Shown here piece by piece: positions 8,585 to 18,332 of a DNA stretch of 64,000 nucleotides (positions are counted from its first letter, which is position 1; the number at the start of each line of letters is the position of its first letter). The notes beneath the pieces are model-generated. The model was not told where the DNA came from. It searched no databases and saw nothing but the letters and a program-made list of their open reading frames with translations. The DNA comes from an uncultured Candidatus Saccharibacteria bacterium. GTDB lineage: Bacteria > Patescibacteriota > Minisyncoccia > JAHISW01 > Tagabacteraceae. The stretch spans positions 3,116 through 67,115 of the forward strand of contig CAZRMW010000003.1 in the NCBI GenBank assembly GCA_964601305.1. The letters run 5' to 3'. Both the position numbers and the translations under genes were made by a program.

Positions 8585-9136
8585 ATGTTGATATATATTG
8601 CTCTTATTATTGTGGTTGCTGGTTTTTCTTTGATGTTTCTGTTGTTTGTTTTGGAGCTTGGCAAAAGATTGAGAAAGTTGGAAAAAGAGCAAGAAGAAAA
8701 TATTTTAGAACTTTGTATAGCGCCGGTAAATAAAAAAGTTGAAGAAATAAAATTTTTAAGAAGGATGACCTCCGGAGCCGTTGGCTACGATATAATAGCA
8801 AACGAAAGAGTGATTGTCCCTGTGGGGCAGTCAAAAACCATAAAAACAGGTTTTGCTACTGCTTTTACTGAAGGCTTTGAAGCAGCTATCAGAGGAAGAA
8901 GTGGGCTCGAAGCAAGATTTCACATGCTTAAACTTGGAGGAACAATAGACCCAGACTATAGGGGCGAATGGATAATTACACTTCTTAATTTGGGTTTAAA
9001 GCTTTATGAAATAAAAAAAGGAGACAGGGTTGCGCAAGTTGTTTTTCGCAAAGTTTATTTTCCAAAAATGAAAATAGTGAATAAATTACCAGACACAAAA
9101 AGAGCAGGAGGCGGATTTGGAAGCACAGGGAAATAA
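8585..9136 (+). CDS. dut: dUTP diphosphatase (dUTPase); the true start may be the internal ATG at 8765, preceded by an AAGGA SD
   Basis: dUTPase motifs are present: AVGYDI, GTIDPDYRGE and RAGGGFGSTGK. The first 60 aa of the long ORF are hydrophobic and coiled-coil and may be an extension or an artefact. Confidence 0.8.
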   Translation: MLIYIALIIVVAGFSLMFLLFVLELGKRLRKLEKEQEENILELCIAPVNKKVEEIKFLRRMTSGAVGYDIIANERVIVPVGQSKTIKTGFATAFTEGFEAAIRGRSGLEARFHMLKLGGTIDPDYRGEWIITLLNLGLKLYEIKKGDRVAQVVFRKVYFPKMKIVNKLPDTKRAGGGFGSTGK

Positions 9137-9332
9137 AACAAGAGAAAAATTAGACGCCATAAAAGGGATTGAGATCAGGTGTTTTAAATGCAACAAAATT
9201 ATCGGGAAAATTCAAAACGGGAGCTTAATTTCAAAGGGCGTTTCTTATATCTGTTATTTGTGTAGATCTAAACTAGAAAAAACTCAAAGAGAAGATTCTT
9301 TTGGATTTTTTGGTATGAAAAATCCTTTTTGA
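9117..9332 (+). CDS. small zinc-ribbon protein (CxxC...CxxC)
   Basis: The sequence CFKCNK ... CYLC is present, and the ORF overlaps the dut stop by 20 nt. Confidence 0.35.
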   Translation: MEAQGNKTREKLDAIKGIEIRCFKCNKIIGKIQNGSLISKGVSYICYLCRSKLEKTQREDSFGFFGMKNPF

Positions 9333-9424
9333 CAATAAATACTCAGAAAGGTTTAAAAGCCTGCGGCTTTGTGTCGCGGTTTTTTTGTTTTATTAACAAG
9401 AAATGCTAAAATAAATTTATTTGC

Positions 9425-9453
9425 TATTGACAGATAGATAGTGGTATGTTAGT
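9425..9453 (+). promoter_or_regulatory. sigma70-like promoter (TTGACA-N17-TAGTAT)
   Basis: It lies upstream of the 9515 small ORF. Confidence 0.4.
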
Positions 9454-9514
9454 ATTTAGGAAGACTTGAATCATTAAAAGCCCTAAACCTTTCGGGTCGG
9501 GCAAGGAGGAAAAA

Positions 9515-9670
9515 ATGGCTTTAAAGTGTCAGGATTGCAGAGGGGAATTGGATCTAGGGAAAGAAACTCAGGTAAAAAAAATTGAAGGAAGTTTTACTAA
9601 ATCAGTTGTTCCATGCAGAAAGTGTGGGAAATGGTATACCTTGCAAGGAGAGCTAGTGGAAGTGAAGTAA
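9515..9670 (+). CDS. small zinc-ribbon protein (51 aa; CQDC...CRKC)
   Basis: The protein is MALKCQDCRGELDLGKETQVKKIEGSFTKSVVPCRKCGKWYTLQGELVEVK. A strong SD (AAGGAGG) sits 6 nt upstream. It is absent from the ORF track because it is shorter than 60 aa. Confidence 0.45.
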   Translation: MALKCQDCRGELDLGKETQVKKIEGSFTKSVVPCRKCGKWYTLQGELVEVK

Positions 9671-9678
9671 TTTCTCTT

Positions 9679-10764
9679 TTATTTTTTCCCTATTTTCAAG
9701 CTTTTATAACTCGTTTTTTTGACGAATTGAGGTTCGTCCCAGAGCCCTGCGTCTTGCAGGGCTTTTTTCATTTTTGCATTATCAAAACTAGTTCTTTCTT
9801 GCAAAACTCGTGTTAAATAGCCGTTTTCTCCAAAAACACGCTCTATATGCTCCTGGTCCATAAAGGCGTTTATAGAGCCCTGGAGAGCCTTTATTTGCTT
9901 ATTATTTTGGCTATTTTGCTCTTTTAGCGATAAATACTGGTTTATAAGGTTTTCCACCTCTTTTTCGTCTATTTTTTCCTTGTCTTTGGCATATAAATGC
10001 ATAAACATCGGGCATTTTTTTTGGTATCCACACCAGTCGCAAAGAGCCGATGGGGTAGGGATGAATTCCTCTTCTTTTCCTATTATGTTTTCAATTTCAT
10101 TTATAATTTCTAAAATTTCTTTTTTTGTGTTTTCTAAATCTTCGGGGTTTCTTTGTGTTTGGATTTTTTCATTATGTTTCAAAAAGTAGAGAGACAATTT
10201 TATGTTTTCGGGTTTTATATGTGGCCATTTTTTTAGTAGTCCAAGATTATAAATAGAAAGCTGAAGATCTTTATCTAATATATCTTGAGAGGGGATTCTT
10301 TTAGCAGTTTTATAATCTATGATTTCGTAAGTATCGTTTTTAGGGTCTTTGTCTATTCGGTCTATGATACCCGAAAGTATGTGCTCCTCTCCATTTTTTT
10401 CGTCTTTAATTGGTACTCCGAAGAAAGACTCAAGCTCTAGGGGATTGAAGTTCCAGGGGAGATTTTTTTTGTAAAAATTTTTTATTATAGTTACACCTTC
10501 TTTGAAGTGCGCATCTGTGTGTTCGGGTGGCAGGTTTTCTATTTCTTTTACCGACTTATACCAAACGTCGGAAAATATATTTATTAATTCATCGATGGTG
10601 GGGTAGAGGGGAGTGCGCTCAAATATACGTTTTAATATAGAGTGCACTATCGTACCAAAAACAGCCTCGACAGACTTCGGGGTTTTTATCTTGTCTAGCG
10701 TTTGGTATTTAAATTTTAGTGGACAAGTTTTATATGTATTTAGCGCTGAATAAGAAACTCTCAT
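9679..10764 (-). CDS. PD-(D/E)xK nuclease superfamily protein (Cas4/RecB-like exonuclease with Fe-S cluster cysteines)
   Basis: The N-terminus carries YKTCPLKFKY, the core IIDYKT motif is present, and the C-terminus carries CDWCGYQKKCP (3 Cys), giving the Cas4/AddB-type 4-Cys arrangement. Confidence 0.7.
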   Translation of the reverse strand: MRVSYSALNTYKTCPLKFKYQTLDKIKTPKSVEAVFGTIVHSILKRIFERTPLYPTIDELINIFSDVWYKSVKEIENLPPEHTDAHFKEGVTIIKNFYKKNLPWNFNPLELESFFGVPIKDEKNGEEHILSGIIDRIDKDPKNDTYEIIDYKTAKRIPSQDILDKDLQLSIYNLGLLKKWPHIKPENIKLSLYFLKHNEKIQTQRNPEDLENTKKEILEIINEIENIIGKEEEFIPTPSALCDWCGYQKKCPMFMHLYAKDKEKIDEKEVENLINQYLSLKEQNSQNNKQIKALQGSINAFMDQEHIERVFGENGYLTRVLQERTSFDNAKMKKALQDAGLWDEPQFVKKTSYKSLKIGKK

Positions 10765-10870
10765 AGAAGTATCTTAGCAGGAGACTCCGATGCTTCGATC
10801 GAAGCAGGCTGTGGATAACTCAAACTAATAAACGACGCACAATATACCTTTTGCGACACTGGGCAAGAAA

Positions 10871-10935
10871 AATAAAACCGGCGGAGTGTGTTGCTACTAC
10901 CCTGCCGGCTTGCCTCGCTTGGCGAGGTTTGTTTT
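10871..10935 (-). terminator. intrinsic terminator for the 10971-11372 gene (tandem GC hairpins CCTCGCCAAGCGAGG and CCGGCAG...CCGCCGG followed by a T-run on the minus strand)
   Basis: Read on the reverse complement: ...CCGGCAGGGTAGTAGCAACACACTCCGCCGGTTTTATTTTT. Confidence 0.5.
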
Positions 10936-10970
10936 ACTTTTCAACGATTTATTTCTATTTTAGAGGTACC

Positions 10971-11372
10971 CTAGGTACTCTCTTTTTCTTTCTTAAGTGC
11001 GCCTAACGGATATTTTCTACCGCTATGAAATTTTTTTGTAAATTTTCCAGGATCTCCAAAAACCGCTGAACATTGATTGCACTCAAAAACTGGTTTGTAC
11101 CTAGCAAACACCTTCCGAAGAGAGGGATCTTCTAAAATACCTGAAATTCTATATGCGGTGTTTTTTCTTTCTTCGCTTTCAATATCGTTTCCCTGATTAC
11201 CACAAACTGGGCAAACAAAATCCATATCTGCTGCAGTTTTCTTTTTTATTGGTGGGGATTTATATCTTATATTTTTTCCCCACCACGAAGGTTCTCCCAT
11301 TGGGCTCATATTAAATCTCCTTTTTTCTGTTGAGTTAAATTTCTCAAATTCTAAAAATAGAGTAGCACACAC
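10971..11372 (-). CDS. hypothetical zinc-ribbon protein
   Basis: CPVCGNQGN ... CNQC motifs are present. The protein is 133 aa. Confidence 0.45.
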   Translation of the reverse strand: MCATLFLEFEKFNSTEKRRFNMSPMGEPSWWGKNIRYKSPPIKKKTAADMDFVCPVCGNQGNDIESEERKNTAYRISGILEDPSLRKVFARYKPVFECNQCSAVFGDPGKFTKKFHSGRKYPLGALKKEKEST

Positions 11373-11422
11373 TACCCCACTTTGTAAACGGAAAAATTTT
11401 GCTACTGAATTAATTACTGAAT

Positions 11423-11722
11423 TTATTCAGTAGCAGGAGTTGCGCCTTCAAATGTTGGCACTACTGTTTCTGGAAGCACTTCCCCGGTGTCTTTTATTCT
11501 TTCCATATTTTCTACAAAAGCTAGCCATATATAGTTATAAAACGCTCCCCACACAAAAGTTGCAGGCTCTTTTAGATAATCGTTCCAAATAGTTTTTGTG
11601 CCATTCCAAATAAATCCGAGATTGTTTTGAACAGTTTCGCTATTCCAAACACTTCTTAAGTCAATATTAAAATACCCCAAAACTACCACAGCGACTATTA
11701 TGATAAGAATTATTTTTATCAT
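11423..11722 (-). CDS. hypothetical small membrane-anchored protein
   Basis: An N-terminal TM helix is present. The protein is 99 aa. Confidence 0.45.
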   Translation of the reverse strand: MIKIILIIIVAVVVLGYFNIDLRSVWNSETVQNNLGFIWNGTKTIWNDYLKEPATFVWGAFYNYIWLAFVENMERIKDTGEVLPETVVPTFEGATPATE

Positions 11723-11742
11723 AGTTATATTATATCAAACTA

Positions 11743-13092
11743 TTATAAGTATGACAGTGGATTAAGATATGCTTTTTTGTCTGCTATTGGCACAATAGCA
11801 TTTTTGCAATTTATACTATGAGTAAATTTTGTTATTTTTACACCTTGTGTGGCATACACAGTAAAATGCAAATGTGGCCCTGTGGCATAGCCTGTGGCAC
11901 CGCTGTACCCAATTACTTGCCCTGTAGCTACACTTTGTCCTTCACTTACTTTTATCAATGACAGATGCGCATAAAGCGTAGAAAGTCCATTTCTGTGTTC
12001 GATTAAGACCCATTTCCCGTAGGAATAACATCCTTTTACTGCATCGGTGTTCCCTACACCTTTTATAACTCCTCCAGAAGCAGCTTTTACTTCCATACCC
12101 ACACTGGCTCTAAAATCTAATCCAGTATGCCCTGAGCCATTGTAAATTTGAGAGTTTTTTGTGGCAAATGGCGTGTTTCCAAAAAATTGAGTAATACAGT
12201 TTTTGGCTCCTCCCCCACCATCCCAACAAGATTTTGGTGAAGGGTCCGACATTGGCCACGTAAGCACACCAGAGCCAACGGAAGGCAAACTATTTGGATC
12301 TATTTCTATTCTTAATTCGGCTTCAAGGCTTTGAAGTTCTCTTTCAAAAGCTTCCTTTTTTTCTAATTGCTCGTTCCTTAGTTTTTTATAATTGCTTTCT
12401 TTATTTTTTGTAACTGTAAGTAAATAATTTTTATTTTTTTTGTTGTTTTCTGCAATCTGTTTTTGGTCTCCAAGTTTTACGGTAAGGGTTTCTAGATTAT
12501 TTTTCTCCTGTCTTTTTTGGGACTGTTTTTCTTCGTAAGTTTCTTTAAGCTCTTTTAATTCTTCAAGACCTACGTTTATGTCTTTTTGTAGGTAATCCAT
12601 TTGCTCTAAATTGCTAAAGAACTCAGACAAACTGTCGTGTTTTAAAAGAATTTCTAAAAGTGTCTGGGCTTCTTCCTCGTTTAACTCTCGAAGAATTTCA
12701 GCTAAAGAATCTTTGGAGGTTTTTATTTGGTTATTTTTGTTTTCTATTTCTATGCCTAGTTTTTCTATAGACAGCCCAGTGGCATCTATTTGTTTGTTTG
12801 TAAGATTTATTTCAGATTTTAGTTTGTTTGCAGTGGATTGTAGTTGATAGATTTGGTTTTTAAGAGTTTTAGATTCTTTTGTGGTTTTTGCTATTTCCTT
12901 TTCGTATTTTTCTATTTCCGCTTCTATTTTTTCTATTTCTTGCCCTTTGATATTTATTTTGTTTTGAAGTTCCACAACTTTTTCTTCAGAAAAAACTATT
13001 CCAACTGGGTAATCAAAAAAAATACCGAGCAAAAAAACGGCAATTATAAAAAGTATAAATTTGTTTTTATTTCGATAAAATTTCTTTTGCAT
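11743..13092 (-). CDS. M23-family peptidoglycan DD-metalloendopeptidase with an N-terminal coiled coil (EnvC/LytM-like)
   Basis: A long coiled-coil region is followed by HTGLDF and GPHLHF, the M23 zinc motifs. Confidence 0.8.
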   Translation of the reverse strand: MQKKFYRNKNKFILFIIAVFLLGIFFDYPVGIVFSEEKVVELQNKINIKGQEIEKIEAEIEKYEKEIAKTTKESKTLKNQIYQLQSTANKLKSEINLTNKQIDATGLSIEKLGIEIENKNNQIKTSKDSLAEILRELNEEEAQTLLEILLKHDSLSEFFSNLEQMDYLQKDINVGLEELKELKETYEEKQSQKRQEKNNLETLTVKLGDQKQIAENNKKNKNYLLTVTKNKESNYKKLRNEQLEKKEAFERELQSLEAELRIEIDPNSLPSVGSGVLTWPMSDPSPKSCWDGGGGAKNCITQFFGNTPFATKNSQIYNGSGHTGLDFRASVGMEVKAASGGVIKGVGNTDAVKGCYSYGKWVLIEHRNGLSTLYAHLSLIKVSEGQSVATGQVIGYSGATGYATGPHLHFTVYATQGVKITKFTHSINCKNAIVPIADKKAYLNPLSYL

Positions 13093-14524
13093 AGTTTAGT
13101 CTTTTTAAGCATTCTTCTTTGCCTAAAATCTCGGCTACAGCAAATGGCTCCGGAGATTTTTCAAGCCCAGTTAAAGATACTCTAAGAGGCCACAATACAT
13201 TACCTCTCCCCTCTTTTTCTGCATATTCCCAAACAGCTTTTTTAATATTTTCTTTAGAAAAAGAAGAGCTTTTTGCTTTGGAGAGAAGCCCTATAAGTTT
13301 GTCTAAATGCTCTTGGGTGTTTTCTCTAGTATCTTTTTTCCACACAAGAGAAGTTGCTTGATATGGCGGAAGCTTAAAAATAAAATCAACGTTTTTGTTT
13401 ATATCTGAGAGGGTTGTAAGTCTTTCTTTTTCTAGTTCAACAATTTTTTCCCATTTTTCTGAATTATTTTCTGCAAGTTTTTTTTGCTCAGTATTTAAAT
13501 ACTGAATTACTTCAGTAGTAAGTTTTTTGGTGTTTTTTGTTTTAATATATTCTTTATTAAACCAATTTAGTTTTTCTATATTAAAAACAGCTCCACCTTT
13601 TTGCACTTTAGAAAGAGAAAATATTTTAATTAATTCTTTAATGCTTATTATTTCTTTGTTGTCTCCCGGGTTCCAGCCTAAAAGCACCATAAAATTAACC
13701 AAAGCTTCGGGTAAGTACCCCACTCTTTTGTATTCGTTTATGGATGTTGCCCCATGTCTTTTGGAGAGTTTAGATTTGTCTGAGCCTAAAATAAGGGGTA
13801 TGTGGGCGTATTTTGGAGGTTTTGCGCCTAGCGCCTTTTGAATTAAAATTTGTTTTGGGGTATTTGGAATACCGTCTTCTCCACGAATTACATGTGTTAT
13901 TTTCATCTTCCAGTCGTCTACAACAACAGCAAAATTATAAAGAGGCGTATCAAGATTTTTTGCTATAGATACATCGCCTATTGTATTTCCTTCAAACTCA
14001 ATGCCTCCTCGCACCATGTCATTAAATTTAATTTTTTCGTTTGTTCCTTTTATCCGTATAATCCCTTTGTTTTCGAATTTCGAATTTCGAATTTCGTGCT
14101 TATGTTCGCATATATGCCGAGGTGCTTCTTTGTTTGCCATCTGTTTGTTTTTTTCCTCTTCAAGCTCTTCTTTGGTGTGATTACAATAAAAAGCCTTCTT
14201 TTCTCTGAGAAGTTTTTTAATGTATTTTTTATAAATTTCTGTTCTTTCGCTTTGTCTGTAAAATTCATCATATTTTATTCCTAGCCAATCTAGCCCATCT
14301 AAAATATCTTCTTCAAATTCTTTTGTGGATCTTTCTTTGTCTGTATCTTCAGATCGAAAAATAAGTTTACCGTTGCTTTGGCGCGCAAAAATATAATTAA
14401 AAAGGGCTGTGCGAGCACTTCCTATATGAAAAGGCCCTGTTGGGCTAGGTGGGAATCTGACTTTAGTTCTCCCGCCTAGGCGGATAAATTTAAATAAATT
14501 AAACATTTTATTTTGAATGCTCAA
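13067..14524 (-). CDS. gltX: glutamate--tRNA ligase
   Basis: The HIGH motif PTGPFHIGSART and the KLSKR (KMSKS) motif are present. A Cys/His zinc-site region is also present. Confidence 0.9.
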   Translation of the reverse strand: MSIQNKMFNLFKFIRLGGRTKVRFPPSPTGPFHIGSARTALFNYIFARQSNGKLIFRSEDTDKERSTKEFEEDILDGLDWLGIKYDEFYRQSERTEIYKKYIKKLLREKKAFYCNHTKEELEEEKNKQMANKEAPRHICEHKHEIRNSKFENKGIIRIKGTNEKIKFNDMVRGGIEFEGNTIGDVSIAKNLDTPLYNFAVVVDDWKMKITHVIRGEDGIPNTPKQILIQKALGAKPPKYAHIPLILGSDKSKLSKRHGATSINEYKRVGYLPEALVNFMVLLGWNPGDNKEIISIKELIKIFSLSKVQKGGAVFNIEKLNWFNKEYIKTKNTKKLTTEVIQYLNTEQKKLAENNSEKWEKIVELEKERLTTLSDINKNVDFIFKLPPYQATSLVWKKDTRENTQEHLDKLIGLLSKAKSSSFSKENIKKAVWEYAEKEGRGNVLWPLRVSLTGLEKSPEPFAVAEILGKEECLKRLNYAKEILSK

Positions 14525-15638
14525 GAGCTATATTTATTATTTGTTGAGCTATTTTTCTAGCTGCGTCTGGTTTAGCAAATCCGCTCGCTGCCTTGCTCAT
14601 TTCCGTGAGCTTTTTTTTGTCGCTAAAAATTCTATTTATTTCTGAAAGTAAAACATTTGGAGAAAGATTTGTTTCCTCTATCACCTCACAGGCTCCTGCT
14701 TTGCTAAAGCTGTAAGCGTTTTCTCGTTGGTGGTTTTGAGCAGAATTTTTAATGGGGATAACAATAGATGGCAATCCCCAAGCTGATATTTCATAAATTG
14801 CAGATCCACCTGCTCTGGAAATAACTATATCGGCCACGCTTGCAGCACTTTTCAACTTAGAGTCGTCTAAGTAAGGATATAATCTGTATCTGTTTTTAAA
14901 TTCTGATTTGTTTAAAACTACACCCAGTCTTGATTTTGTTTCTTGTTCGTTTTTTACCCCACACTGATGTATTATTTGAAAATTTTTCACCAGTTCGCTA
15001 GAAATATCTACGAGGATATTGTTTATTTTTTGTGCGCCTTGAGAGCCGCCAAGTACAAGAATAGTCGGGGTGCCAGTTTCCATATTTAGTATTTCTCTAG
15101 CCTGTTCAGGGTTCGTTTTTAAAATAGTTTTTCTTACAGGAGTGCCAGTAAGGGCTACTTTTTCTTTTGGAAAAAATTTAGCAGCTTCATTAAACGAAAT
15201 TGCAATACTTTTTGCAAATTTACCTGCCCACTTGTTTACCTTGCCAGGGATGGTGTCTGATTCGTGTATAACAACAGGAATGCGAAAAATTCTTGCAGCC
15301 AAAATTACAGGAAAACTCGCATAACCACCTTTTCCAAAAACAACGTCTGGCATTTCTGAATAGACCATGGCCATTGCTTTAAAAACACCGATTATTGTTT
15401 TGAAAAAATCGGTAATATTTAACAAAGAAAAATACCTACGTATTTTACCTGCGTATATTTTTTTGTATACTATGTTTTCTATCCTTAGAAGCTCGCTATC
15501 GTATGGGGAATCGGACATAAAAACTAACTTTGGTTCTATAAGGCGCTCTTCTTCAGAGAGTTGATAAATAGCTTCCGCCGTGGCTATTATTGGGTAAAAA
15601 TGCCCGCCTGTGCCACCTCCTGTAAATAAAATTTTCAT
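14508..15638 (-). CDS. murG: UDP-N-acetylglucosamine--N-acetylmuramyl-(pentapeptide) pyrophosphoryl-undecaprenol N-acetylglucosamine transferase
   Basis: The N-terminus is MKILFTGGGTGGHFYPIIA. Length and fold fit MurG. Confidence 0.9.
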   Translation of the reverse strand: MKILFTGGGTGGHFYPIIATAEAIYQLSEEERLIEPKLVFMSDSPYDSELLRIENIVYKKIYAGKIRRYFSLLNITDFFKTIIGVFKAMAMVYSEMPDVVFGKGGYASFPVILAARIFRIPVVIHESDTIPGKVNKWAGKFAKSIAISFNEAAKFFPKEKVALTGTPVRKTILKTNPEQAREILNMETGTPTILVLGGSQGAQKINNILVDISSELVKNFQIIHQCGVKNEQETKSRLGVVLNKSEFKNRYRLYPYLDDSKLKSAASVADIVISRAGGSAIYEISAWGLPSIVIPIKNSAQNHQRENAYSFSKAGACEVIEETNLSPNVLLSEINRIFSDKKKLTEMSKAASGFAKPDAARKIAQQIINIALEHSK

Positions 15639-15640
15639 AT

Positions 15641-16729
15641 TTAATTATATTTAGATATATTTAAAACTATTCCAATTTCCATAAACGTAAGTGCTAGTGC
15701 TGTTCCCCCTTGAGATATAAAAATTAGAGGCAACCCGGTAAGTGGCATAAGGCCGACTATGGCAAACATATTTATGAAAGATTGAACTATTATCAGTATA
15801 CCAATTCCGGAAGCAAAAAGTCTACCAAACATATCTGGTGCTCGAGCACCAATAGACAGGCACTTGTAAAAGAAAAACAAGAACAACAAAACCAACGAGA
15901 GCGTACCCACAAAGCCAAATTCTTCACCTACTACAGCAAAAATAGAGTCACCGGTTGGTTCGGGTAAGTAATTGAATTTGGAAACACCTTCACCAAAACC
16001 ACTACCCCAAATACCCCCAGAGCCCATAGCAATCTTCACTTGGTTTATTTGGTATCCTTCACCTTGCAAGTCGTGGGAGCTATCTAAAAACACATTTATT
16101 CTAGACATTAAGTATGGCTTGGTATATAGAAGCGCAAAAATTACCAGTAGACCCAGAAGTATTACAAAAAATACATGAGAAATTTTTCCACCGGCAATGA
16201 AAAAGAGAAAAAGGCCCGTAATACAAATTACACCAAGGGTGCCGATGTCTGGTTGTAAAATTAAGGTTACACTTACAATTCCCAAAGTAATTAAAAAAGG
16301 CAGTAAGCCTGATTTAAACCTCCTAATCCTTCGCTGATTTTTAGACATTAAAGAGCTTAAATACAAAATAAAAGCAAATTTTAATAGCTCTGATGGTTGA
16401 AAAGAAAAGAACCCTAGCGAAAGCCATCTCGTGGCACCTCCGTGCTCAAAACCAAACTGTGGAGTAAAAACTAGAAGCATCAACACAAAACTAAAAAGAA
16501 AAATTGGTAGAGCCCAAGTACGCCATTTTTTATAATAAAGTCGGCTTGAAAATAAAAACAAAATAAGCCCTAATCCCCCACCTTTTAATATTTGATTTAG
16601 GAGTGTATTGTAAGAGTTTTTGTCTGTTCTTGCAGCAAGCCCTAAGGAAGCAGAAGCTAAAACAAAAAAACCAAAAAAGACCAAAGTTAAAGCAGTTATT
16701 AAAAAAACTTTATCATATTTTTTAATCAT
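15641..16729 (-). CDS. ftsW: SEDS-family peptidoglycan glycosyltransferase (FtsW/RodA)
   Basis: The protein is polytopic with conserved FtsW/RodA motifs. It lies in the mur cluster. Confidence 0.85.
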   Translation of the reverse strand: MIKKYDKVFLITALTLVFFGFFVLASASLGLAARTDKNSYNTLLNQILKGGGLGLILFLFSSRLYYKKWRTWALPIFLFSFVLMLLVFTPQFGFEHGGATRWLSLGFFSFQPSELLKFAFILYLSSLMSKNQRRIRRFKSGLLPFLITLGIVSVTLILQPDIGTLGVICITGLFLFFIAGGKISHVFFVILLGLLVIFALLYTKPYLMSRINVFLDSSHDLQGEGYQINQVKIAMGSGGIWGSGFGEGVSKFNYLPEPTGDSIFAVVGEEFGFVGTLSLVLLFLFFFYKCLSIGARAPDMFGRLFASGIGILIIVQSFINMFAIVGLMPLTGLPLIFISQGGTALALTFMEIGIVLNISKYN

Positions 16730-18332
16730 CTCTTGTTTTTTTTCTAATCACTTTTCCTTCGGACGCTTTTGTTAGGCTATTTTCTGCAAGGGTTAATGCT
16801 CCATTTACAAAGACATAAGGAATACCATTGGGAGCGCCATTTATTTCAATAGGGTTGAAAACTACGATATCAGCAAAACTCCCTTCTTCTAAGGTTCCTC
16901 TGTTGTTTATGTTAAGAGTTTGAGCGGGCAACCCTGTCATTTTGTAGACAGCTGTTTCCCAGCGTAGATTGTTTTTGTTTATTACAAAATCTCGCAAAGC
17001 TTTTGGAAATGCTCCAAACGATCTGGGGTGTGGAGTACCTTGGTGTTGATGAATTTTGCTGTAGCCGATACCGTTAGACGAAACCATGGAATAAGGTTTT
17101 TTACTGAGAATATCTATATTTTTTTCTAAAACAGTGTTGTTAAAAATTGTAGCTCTAAATTCGCTAGTTTCTAGAATACTAAGTAGTGTTTCTTCTTCGC
17201 TAAGTCCAGTGTTTTGGCTTATTTGGTTAATACTTTTTCCAATAATTCTTTTTTGTTTTGCTGATGCAATAATAATTTTTTCGTAGTGCAAAGTAAGCGT
17301 TTCAAGGTGATCAATTAAGGCTTGTTTGTTGTTCTTGTCTTTTAAAATTTTTATTTTTCCTTCTTTGTTTTCCCTTAAAAACCATATGGGTAAAAATTCT
17401 GCCAGATTAGAGCCTGTACTTGTATAAGGGAAAAAATCACAGGATATTTTTAAACCCTCTTTCTGTGCTTGTCCTACCATATCGAGAGCTTTTTCAAATT
17501 CCCCCCAAGCTTTTTTCCCCAAGGCTTTTAGGTGTGCAATGTGGCTTTTTATTTTTGTTTCTCTCGCAAGGCTTATAATTTTGGAAACAGATGGTAATAA
17601 ATCGCTACCCTCGTTTGTTATGTGGTAAGAAACTAGAGTGTTTTTTTGTGCAACTGTGTTGAAGAGTTTTAAAAGTTCTTTTTTAGAATTTTCGTACGAA
17701 TATTGGGTGCCAAAATTTACTGAAAGTCCAAAAGAGCCATCTTCTAAAGATTTTTCTAAAAGGTTGTTTATTTTTTCCAACTCTTCTTTGCTTGCTTGAG
17801 GTTTGTTTCCTAAAATATTTTTTCTAAGTGTTTCGTGTCCAACAAATGTTGCAAAATTTATGCTTAGTTTTTTTTCTTCTACTTCGTCTAAAAATTCCTT
17901 CGTAGATTTCCAGTTTGTATTTATTTGAGACACATCGAGCCACATACTTAAAGGCTCCAAAGACTCCTTTTTTATTATCGGAGAAAGAGATGAGCCGCCG
18001 TGTCCGCCTATTATGGTTGTTATTCCTTGTCTCAAAAAACTTTCTTGAGTTGGCTCAGAAAAGATAGTCCAATATTTATCTGAATGAGTAGTAATATCTA
18101 TGAAGCCTGGAGATATGTATAGGTCAGTTGCATCTAGCACAAGATCTGCTTTTTCGTTTTTAAGATCTCCAATTTTTTCTATCTTCTCTTTTTTTATACC
18201 CAAGTCGGCTTGGTATGGCGCCTTGTTTCCGGTGCCATCTACTATAAAACCATTTTTAATTATGGTTGAATATTTCATCCTACAAGAATTATCACCATGC
18301 CAACAATGGCACAAACTATACCAATAATCCAA
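16722..18332 (-). CDS. N-acyl-D-amino-acid deacylase (D-aminoacylase) family amidohydrolase; likely start at the internal Met (MKYSTIIKNG, ~18278)
   Basis: The segment IKNGFIVDGTG ... ISPGFIDITTHSD is the D-aminoacylase N-terminal signature. The internal start would give an ATGA overlap with mraY. Confidence 0.7.
   Translation of the reverse strand: MDYWYSLCHCWHGDNSCRMKYSTIIKNGFIVDGTGNKAPYQADLGIKKEKIEKIGDLKNEKADLVLDATDLYISPGFIDITTHSDKYWTIFSEPTQESFLRQGITTIIGGHGGSSLSPIIKKESLEPLSMWLDVSQINTNWKSTKEFLDEVEEKKLSINFATFVGHETLRKNILGNKPQASKEELEKINNLLEKSLEDGSFGLSVNFGTQYSYENSKKELLKLFNTVAQKNTLVSYHITNEGSDLLPSVSKIISLARETKIKSHIAHLKALGKKAWGEFEKALDMVGQAQKEGLKISCDFFPYTSTGSNLAEFLPIWFLRENKEGKIKILKDKNNKQALIDHLETLTLHYEKIIIASAKQKRIIGKSINQISQNTGLSEEETLLSILETSEFRATIFNNTVLEKNIDILSKKPYSMVSSNGIGYSKIHQHQGTPHPRSFGAFPKALRDFVINKNNLRWETAVYKMTGLPAQTLNINNRGTLEEGSFADIVVFNPIEINGAPNGIPYVFVNGALTLAENSLTKASEGKVIRKKTRDD

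Noticed and set aside
10765-10970. A GC-rich ~200-bp intergenic stretch as SRP/6S/RNase P RNA.
   Set aside because: It is explained adequately by a double-hairpin intrinsic terminator for the 10971-11372 gene plus the promoter region of the nuclease gene. No conserved ncRNA motif was found.
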